In this document: positions 35,508-44,068 of the stretch, one piece after another
Position numbering within the stretch: the first letter of the stretch is position 1
Layout of the letters: each line of letters opens with the position of its first letter
From: Folioceros fuciformis
Taxonomy: Eukaryota
Assembly (NCBI GenBank): GCA_049999805.1
Contig: JBNGIO010006060.1
Location: 62,001-106,068, forward strand
Reading direction: 5' to 3'
Length of the DNA stretch: 44,068 nucleotides
Made by a program: the position numbers and the translations under genes
The notes under the pieces: generated by a model
Seen by the model: the letters and a program-made list of their open reading frames with translations, nothing else
What the model was told of the DNA's origin: nothing
Database searches by the model: none

Positions 35508-37220
35508 TGACAGCTTGTGAAGCGCGTGCAGGCAGCAGCATGAGAGGTCTCCTAAGCGCAGGGGGAAATTGTTGCCATTCTGTTGGAAACGATTACATAT
35601 GAATGTACCTACATATTTGAACTGCTATTCCGACTAAAGGCCTTCCTTACATACAGTACTCCCGCGACCAAAAATCCGCCAGTGCTCCCGGTGTTGAGAG
35701 TAGGTAGTTTCTAGTGGTTTGTGCAATGTCGCCAGGTATCGCTTGGACCATTCGGGAACGAAGCAGCGCGTGCCGTGGAACAGGCTAGTCTACACGTTGG
35801 AACGAGCTGGATTCAAGCCATGCTCCGTCGCTTGCTGTGCGCACGGTGGAGGCAGGTATCCGTACCTTCCGTCTTCTCGAACGCAATGTCGTCCCTTGCG
35901 TTCTAGGGGTTTAGGACACGGATTCGATCCCCGCAAGGCAGCCATTGCCGTGGATGACGGATGCACAGTTCAGTGTTTGTGCTGAGGGAGATGCCTACCT
36001 ACTCCCGTCATGAGGCAACGCAGCATCTCCAAGATCAGCATTCCCTGGACGATACTCTTCGCACCCTGGTCACCACAACGCCGATAGCCATCACTTGCAG
36101 AACGCACAGCTTCGAAGCCCCAAAAAAGCTTCGTAGTGTCTCATGTGAGTCCTGTTAGCCCGCCAGGGACATTTGTACGATGACGAAGGGAGTGATTACG
36201 ACAACATTATCCACCTTGCTTTCTGTTTTGTAAACGTAATCGTTAGGCTTGCTTCACCAGACTGGGAATCGTTTTTCTATTCTGGCCACGGAATCGGTTG
36301 CTTGAAAACGTTGTAGATAACTTTCACTTAGTTTGGATATAAGTTTTTCCTTTAATCCTAATCGGATTATGGTCAAAGCAGCCTATAACTTTTTTACTGC
36401 ATATGTAAGCAAAATTAATAGACTTATAGTTTCACAGTTACTGTTACTACCAATTGGTCTTATGACATGAATCCATTGCCCCTATGATAGGCTATTGAAA
36501 TCAAGTAAGTTTGAGTTGCAAGAAAATCTCACAATTTGTTAGGTCGGGAAAGAGATTTTAATTAAATAAATCTCCGAGTGCACATTGGTCATTCAAACCT
36601 ACCTACGTAGCAAAATGGACTTAGAGTTAATAGAACATCAAAGGGTGAGTAATGGGTCTAAGGCTACGGACTTCGAGGCCTGGAGTGGCCTGACAAAAGC
36701 TCAAGGAGCGCAGCTTTGGTATCTCTTTTCCCGTGAGCGGAGCGCCCCTTTCGGATTGGCGCAGCGTGGAGGCCTGTTCTCTCGGCGTGCTCGGTCCCTT
36801 TAGATTGGTGTCTTCTCTGATAGATCTGGCTGCTGTTTCGGAGGAGCTTCTGGAGTTGTGGTGGTCGGTGTCGCGGGGCCTAGTGCAAGTGGACAGCAAG
36901 GGGTCTTGCGATCTCACTCTGTTTAGGAGGTATGATGTGTGGTTTTCACCTGAAGATGGATCTCAGATACCTTTTGGAGGATGTTGTGCTTTTGAGTCGG
37001 CACTGTCACCTGATCCAGCTGGATCTACGGTGCCGCCTCGAGGTTGATTCTTGGAGTGGGTGGGTGGATCTCCTGACCATCTGTGCAGATTCACCTTCAC
37101 CTGTGGCTTGGTTTTGAATGACTTGTTGCTGACTTGTGACGGAAGGTGGAGCGGGTTTCGGAGTAACAATGTCGTGGTGCCACGGTTGCAGAAGTTCCTT
37201 GCTTGTCCCTTTCCTTCACC

Positions 37221-38329
37221 ATGGTGGCATCTCAGAACGGTCACGCCACCGAGTTGAAGTTTCTCATCTATGGTCGGACTGGTTGGATTGGGGGCCTGCT
37301 AGGGAAGTTGTGCGATCAGCAGAAAATAGCCTACGAGTATGGAAAGGGTAGGCTGGAGAACAGATCTCAGATCGAAGAGGACATTAAGAATGTGTCGCCG
37401 ACGCATGTGTTCAATGCAGCGGGGGTAACAGGTCGCCCGAACGTAGACTGGTGCGAGAGTCACAAGGTGGAGACCATCAGGGCCAATGTGGTTGGGACGC
37501 TGACCCTCGCTGATGTGTGCCGGGAGAATAGGCTTCTTCTCATCAACTATGCAACAGGGTGCATTTTCGAGTATGATGCTGCCCATTTGGAAGGCAGTGG
37601 CATTGGCTTCAAGGAGGAGGACAAGCCTAATTTCACTGGATCTTTTTATTCCAAGACCAAAGCAATGGTGAGCAAGAAAATGCCATATGTGTCTGTCGTC
37701 ACGTTTCTTTCCTTTTGACTGCTGTGGCCAGTGCCAGCCTTTGAATTCAGCGAACACAGTTACAATGGCAGGGCAATGCTTGTTCACTTCGTACCGGATT
37801 CATCGATCGGTCTTCGTTGCTCTCTGACCTAGTTACTGTTCTGACGTGATACTCTAATCCGGTTTTGCGCGTGCAGGTCGAGGAGTTGTTGAAAGAGTTT
37901 GACAACGTTTGCACATTGCGTGTGCGGATGCCCATTACTGGGGATCTGACCAATGCTCGCAACTTTGTGACCAAAATTTCCCGCTATGAGAAGGTTGTGA
38001 ACATCCCCAACTCAATGACCATCCTGGATGAGCTGCTGCCAATCTCCATCGAAATGGCCAAACGCAATCTAACTGGCATCTGGAATTTTACCAATCCTGG
38101 CGTCATCAGCCATAACGAAGTCTTGGAGCTGTACAGGGACTATATCGACTCCAGCTTCACTTGGAAGAATTTCAGCCTTGAGGAGCAGGCCAAAGTCATT
38201 GTTGCTCCCCGCAGCAACAACGAGTTGGATGCGTCCAAATTGAAGAACGAATTTCCGGACTTGCTTTCTATTAAGGAGTCTTTGATCAAGTATGTGTTCG
38301 AACCGAACAAGAAGACCCTGACTGCTTGA
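37221..38329 (+). CDS. UER1: Bifunctional nucleotide-rhamnose 3,5-epimerase/4-reductase (NRS/ER), 299 aa
   Basis: Exons 37221-37667 and 37877-38329 (phase 0). Motifs KFLIYGRTGWIGG, NAAGVTGRPNVDWCESHK, YSKTKAM|VEELLK, LRVRMPI, APRSNNELDASKLK. No N-terminal dehydratase domain, so not RHM. Confidence 0.96.
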
Positions 38330-38899
38330 GTTTCATCTGAAAAGTCCCATCAGGGCTTGGGGCCAGAATAAGCAGGTTGGACAGAGACAACGGTAAGGAG
38401 CACTGCCCTTGCAAAGGGAGGTCTGGAAAACTCTTGAGGTGCCTACTACTTCTACCCACCGAGGATGTTACGCAAGGTATATAGAAAGGGACAGGTGTCA
38501 GTTGGAGTGACCCTTGGTTTTGCTCGCAGAACTACGCACTTACTGGCTAGCAGGGGCTGTTCGTTACTAGCCGCACGACGTCGAGCCATCTGATGGTTCG
38601 GAATATTTATTAACCATTGAAAAGCTAGGTTGGCAATTTTTCTGTATACACATACTGTGCAATGCCAGGTTTGTGGGGCCTTGTGCTACCCAGTGTGTGG
38701 TCTTGACGGGCTCGTTCCAGAGAATCCGTGGCTTACGCTCTCGTCAGTAAACCCACAAAAGCCTAGACACGTTGTATGGTATGGACCTGAGATCCTATGT
38801 ACCCCTCAACGACGGACCCTTGAGCTATTTCCTATGTGGAAATTTGTAGAAAACTTTGTAAGAGTCTCTAAGCCCAAAATAATAAAGTGAAATTTCGAA

Positions 38900-41450
38900 A
38901 AGTGCCAGATGTTGATGGTGTCAATGAGGACTGACTGATGGAGGCGAGTGAGCATGATGTGGGAAGAAAGCACAATGGGCAAGTGGTTTAATATGGGAGT
39001 TATCTCTCTACTTCCTAAGCACGAAGGGAGCCTAACATCTCCAATTGGCGCCCGAATGGATAGAGGAGGAACAAAAGGGGCTTCATTCATAACAGATGTA
39101 TTCTAGAAAAGCTTTTGCTCCTGCAAGAAGCCAAAGCTAAGGCCTTCGTGGAAGGTAAGCCAACTATCTTTATTTGCCTGGACTTCTACAAGGCATATGA
39201 CTTTGTGGAATGGCATTTTCTGAGGAGGTGCCTTCAGAATTTTGGACTAGGGACCAACTTCTGTCGCTGTGTGGCCATCTTATGTGAAGACGCTGGGGCC
39301 AAGGTTGCAGTCAATGGGGCTTTTATGGAAAGGTTTGATACTTCTTGATCCGTACGTCGAGACTATCCGTTAGTACCCTTTTTATTCATCATTGTGACTG
39401 ACTCTTTTTTAAGGGCAGTGAAACTAGACTCAAAGATAGAAGGCCTACACCTCCCAGATGGGTCCCAGCTGTAAATCTTAGCATTTGCAGATGACACTCT
39501 CCTCTTTTCATCTCATAAGGAAGCATCTCTACGTACTCTTGTGCATCATGTGCAAGTTTTTGGGCTTCTCTCTGGCTGCAAAGTAAATTGGAGTAAAACT
39601 TGTATGATGTGTATTAATATGGAGGAGGAAATGCCCAAATGTATCAAGCATATTAACAAGGCTCAGGTTGGCTCGCCCCATAAGTATTTAGGGTTGCTAT
39701 TTCAAGAAGCGGAGGAAAATCAGGAAATTTTTGCCTCAAGTTTGTTCGGAAAGCCACAAGTCTTAAGCTCCTTAACCTAACCTTGGCTGGTAGGCTGGTA
39801 GTGACTAATCATATTTTGTCCTGTCCTTATGGTACTACCTCTTTGTATGGGCTCCTTCTAGCCAGGACATAAAGAGGTTGCAACAAGTGATGACTATTTT
39901 CTTATAGTGCAGGTCCAGTGAGTTGGTTAACTCCCCTCACAAAGTGGTGTGGCATCATGTCATCCAACAACGGAGATTGGGCGGCTTGGGCCTAGTGGAT
40001 CCCATGTGTAAGATGAAGGTCTTACACATGCAATGGGTGATTAAAGCAAGCGACCCAGCTTGCTATCCGTGGAAAAGCATTTTGAGGCAGTTCTTGGATT
40101 GCACACAAGCAGTCTTGCAAGGTAGAAGGTCTTATGTCAACATCCTAGCAGATAACCCTCTACTAGATACCAAGGACTGTTCTCCGCTATTCAAGTCTAT
40201 ATGGAGCAGCCTCCTGGAAGTCAAGCCTTTACTGGTACAAGACCTCCCTTTTGAAATGTATAATGTTTTAGGTATCCCCCTACAAGGCTTTCGAAGGTTG
40301 TGGGCGCCCAAGTTCATAGAGCGTGTGTACCATTCACAAATTTTTGGGGCTGCTGGTCGCAAAGGGTTATATAAACTAGAAAACCTATGGAATAGAAAAA
40401 AGGGCTGTCGGAAAGAGATGGGGGAAATCCAGGAGGAATTTGGCATCCTGGTATGACATGTTTGTTTTATGTCAAACTGGTTACAGGAAGGTATGGCAGT
40501 GGTGGTGAAACAAGCTCTACTTCATAAACCGATAATGGCCAAGGAAACCTGGGGAGCCTATGGCATGGACGAATGGAGAGGAAACTCAGACATCGAAGAC
40601 CAAGAGGTCTTTTTGGAACTTGACCGAGCATTCTACGTATCCATGCAGGCAAGGGATGGAGGTAAAAGGTCTTTTAGGGTGGTTGCACCAGGGGCTTCCT
40701 TAGAGAAGCAAGGTAGGAGAGAAGAACAAGTTTCTCGACAAATCCTGCACCCAATTACAGTTTTAACGAGAGCGACACGGGCAGGAAGGTGGCTTACTCG
40801 GGAGGAGCAAAACGCCCACGCCGTTTCCTTAAGCAAGCCTTTGACTCGATGTTGGTTTCGTTTGGTGGACAATTGGCAATTGACTTTGCAACCAAATCTT
40901 TATAGGTGGCTAAAGAGGCCGAAGGCCCAACAGGGGAGCTCTAGGTACTTCTTCAACTTTCAAACGGTGGATGTTTATCTTTGTTTGGTTTGCTTGCAGA
41001 AAGTTAGACAACGTCCGCCGATGGCCCCACGCTGGAGTATATCCATATGGCGTCAAAAGGTTGCCCTTCGCCTCCTATAGACGGCAGCTGGCATCCCCCC
41101 TAAGGCCAGATTTACAGTTTTGTGCCTCTTCCAGGCTTGTTTGCCTAATGTAGATTGCTGGGATGGGTTGTTAGTAGCAGCAGGGGAGGAAACATGCAGG
41201 TTGTGCAACAGTGGGGCTCCTCACAAAAGCCAACATATTTTCTTCCAATATGAGTTTGCGCGAGAGGTGGAGGCCTGGATGCAAAGACTCTTTCTTTTGG
41301 TGAATCCAGTGCTCGCCGAGCAATCCGCCCTCTTTGGGCTAGACCAAACTTCTAGTAACCCATTGACGCCACATCTTGGACAATGAAGCAACACATTGGT
41401 TCAACACCTCTATTCCGAGCCGCTTCCAGTTGTGGGCTCTGAGAGCGGGG
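38900..41450 (+). mobile_element. Degenerate L1-clade LINE ORF2 (reverse transcriptase to C-terminal zinc-binding region), 5'-truncated
   Basis: GVISLLPK, LDFYKAYDFVEW, YPLVPFLFIIV, LAFADDTLL, SGCKVNWSKT, KYLGL, GGLGLVD, CRLCNS..QHIFF. Several stops and frameshifts; no endonuclease domain seen. Confidence 0.92.
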
Positions 41451-41749
41451 AGAGATGGAGTGGTAGGTAGAGGCATGACGCTACGATGGAAGCATTGAGC
41501 CCCCTACGGGGGGGCTCGACAGTCCACACATGGGCCAAAGTGGTCGGCATGTGCTCAGACGAGCAGAATGGATGGAAGCCTAACAAGGGAGCGCAAGCAA
41601 CTAATCTGGTAGAGCTTAAGCGAAAGAAAGCAGTGCCTGAGCAGGAGGCTCAGGTACGGACTCTCGGGAAGGACACAGCTTGGGAGAGGCCAATCGAGAG
41701 CACAAGTACAAAGTCGGTCTCGGCCCTGACGAATGAGGGGCCCGGCATA

Positions 41750-42400
41750 CAACTCGGTCCTTTAGCTGATCTCCTTACCAAGGAGTGTTTCTTTCAACAA
41801 GAGGAGGTTAGGTTATCAGGTAGCTCGGTGGTGGGGAGGCTCTCTTCTGGAGGGCCGCCCTTGGTAGGCGAGTTGGAGGCGTGGGTAACTCACGTCACAA
41901 GATGTCCTCCTGCTTACGTCTTCCTGAAATAAGATGGTTCGTTTCAGCTTAAATGCGATGAAGCTGCTGGCGCCCTTGCACTCCAACAAACAACACTGCC
42001 CTTTAGAGGCTCAACCCCGGTGATGGTCGAGGTGTGGTCTCCAGGAAGCACAATCATGCAATCCAAGATCAAGAGGCATTTTATTTGGGTGAGGTTGCCC
42101 GCCTTACCGATGCAGCTTATTCCATTGATCGATAGGATGCTGGAAACAATCGAACGGGTGGTTGGGGTCCTGTAGGTGGACTCCCGTTTTTTCGACAAAA
42201 GCAAGCCTCCCCGCTTCGGTGTGAGGGTTGACAACCTCACTTCCTTGCCCGCTGGGGTGCTGGTTCAAGATCCGGTTGATTCTTCAAAGAGCTATACACA
42301 GCTCTTCGACTACCCAGGTCTTCCTGTAAGGTGTGGAATCTTTGGCCTTACTAACCACCTTAAGCTGGAGTGTCCGCTCCGCTCAGGTTCAGAAGGAAGG
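41750..42400 (+). mobile_element. Degenerate LINE ORF1 (DUF4283-like region plus CCHC zinc knuckle)
   Basis: One frame with stops: SVVGRLS...EVWSPG...FIWVRLPALPMQL...RVVGV...FDYPGLPVRCGIFGLTNHLKLECP (decayed CX2CX4HX4C). Confidence 0.8.
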
Positions 42401-43649
42401 AATGGCAATTTTGAGAAGACCCAGTCTGAACCCTTACCGGGGTTTCAAGGTGTCCAGAAAAAGCCTTGGAGGGCAAACTTGGCAACGCAACGATGGGCTT
42501 GCCGAATTCAAGAAGATGTCTTCCCGAGGTTTGCTGACACAACCATCACACAGGTGAAAATTTGTGTAATCTTGCGGAAGAAGGTGGAGTACACCTTCTA
42601 CTACTGGATGCCAAAAGGGGAGGAGATGCATGTGTTGCCTACTTGGTCACTTCAGCTAGGAGCCGCAAATGGTGTTTGAATAGCTTTGGTGTGGGAGACA
42701 GTCAAGAGGAGGGCAAGGAGCGTTGTTCAAGGGGGCCTGGGTGTGGGGGAAGATTATGCAAGCAAGTTTTCGAAGGAGGCTAGGTTTAGCGCAGTCTGTC
42801 ATTGGCTTGAAGGATCCTCGGCGATTCTTTATTTCAACACGCTGCTTGACTTGGGGAGGGAGTGTCGGATCCCGAGCTCCAACCAGTCACAATGTTTGAG
42901 GGAGTCGAAGATGCTTGCCTTTTGTCAGAGATGCTAAATTTGGCAGAGGCTGGGTCACCCTTGCTACCAGAGTTGTGGTTAAAGCTCACTTTGGATTCTT
43001 AGGATTGCTCACCTCGCCGATCACGATTAAACTGCCAGGGGAGTGGGAGCTCAGATGGAAGGAGGATATGGAGGAGGACGATGTTGTGTCGATGAATGTC
43101 GAGACTAGTGAAGAAGTGGCTTTCCATCATTCGGGTACGTAAGGAGGTCTGGACCCGCAGGAACAGGAGAAGGCTGCCTTGAAGTCAAGTCCAGGCACTG
43201 CACCCGAACAGAGGTCGTCGGCAAGGGCAAAAATGGTGCAAAGCGAGCCCATTCCCCAGCAAAGACCCGCAGGAGACTTAAGTGATGGGTTGATAGGAGG
43301 GCAGATGTTTAGTGATTTAGGTTGCGGGCCAACAGGGGTGCTCAAGATCACCCCTTCCTCATTGCCGGGGGCAGACTCAGGCAATATTCAACTGCTTGGG
43401 TCACGTCTCGCTCAAAAGCAGTGTTCAGGTGTAGGAGCCAAGGGGATGGAAATCTCGGGGAGACCTAATGAGGCTCCGAGCCGGAAGATTCATAAAGATG
43501 CAAGGCCGAGGAGGGCAAGGAGGGGATGTTCTGTCAATAGGGAGACGAGCAGGAGGGCCTGGGAAGTGCTCCTTATCGGGTGGAATAGTGGGAGCATGAC
43601 CCCAAATAGAAGGATGCCCCTTTTGCGCGGAATTCGGTCCACCGCCTTC

Positions 43650-44068
43650 CAAGTGTAGCGGCCGACATGCCGCTGGTTGGCGCCCTTGGAGGTGTGTCAC
43701 ACACCCATTCAGGGAGTGGATTGCATAAGGAAAGAAGTGATGGTGGAATTCCTGAATCCGGAGGTAGCAGAAGGAGTGGTTTGCAATGGGGTGGTGTTAC
43801 AGATGGTGCAGAGCCAACCTCAAGTTGGCACCAAATCTCGTTCTTGGAGTAGAAGGTTTCCCACAAGCCTACTGGGGAAGATACGCCTCCGGGTGGCAGA
43901 TTTATGGTGCTGACTAGTGGTTTTGGTGAGGCTAGACGGCCTCTGGGATGCGAGCTGGTTGGCAAACGGGCTGAGGTACTACAGGATTTGCTTCTATCTC
44001 AACATAAGGAGGATCTCGGTGCAAGGGTGACTGCTCTTGGCCAATCGGATTGCATGACGGGCAAGGCC
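43650..44068 (+). mobile_element. Further ORF1-like LINE fragment, running off the right edge
   Basis: VMVEFLNPEVAEGVVCNGV...RSWS...VVLVRLDGLW resembles the same DUF4283-type pattern; contains stops. Confidence 0.4.

Noticed and set aside
37221-38329. Trifunctional RHM rhamnose synthase or bacterial rmlD horizontal transfer
   Set aside because: No dehydratase domain upstream, a spliceosomal intron is present, and the sequence is plant NRS/ER type.
1-44068. tRNA, rRNA or snRNA genes
   Set aside because: None recognised by eye; a covariance-model scan would be needed to exclude them.

Overview
Eukaryotic land-plant nuclear DNA. Compact genes with mostly 80-300 bp GT-AG introns suggest a non-seed plant such as a hornwort; this is inference. 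Left half (1-22.9 kb): a roughly threefold, heavily diverged tandem duplication. Each unit carries, on the minus strand, an orphan disordered gene ('Y'), a conserved intergenic module, and a gene ('X') starting with the motif RLHxAVDLNLxxxENDxRIAAWEA. Copy A of X can be spliced, with all phases concordant, into a divergent euAP2-type transcription factor with three DLN (EAR-like) motifs; it runs off the left edge. Copies B (320 aa) and C (82 aa) keep the first EAR-like motif, with synonymous changes in its core, but have no AP2 domain. They are candidate microProtein/co-repressor decoys, or truncated pseudogenes. AT-rich, repeat-laden, probably transposon-derived blocks separate the units. Right half: a 28-bp satellite array, a TTC1/TPR1-like gene, a decayed coding-like stretch, and an internally deleted TTC1 copy lying antisense just downstream of a complete U2AF65 gene (17-18 exons). 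These are followed by a two-exon UER1/NRS-ER gene and degenerate L1-clade LINE sequence (ORF2 followed by ORF1-like pieces). A 400-N assembly gap is at 21721-22120. Exon coordinates were read by eye; no searches were run.
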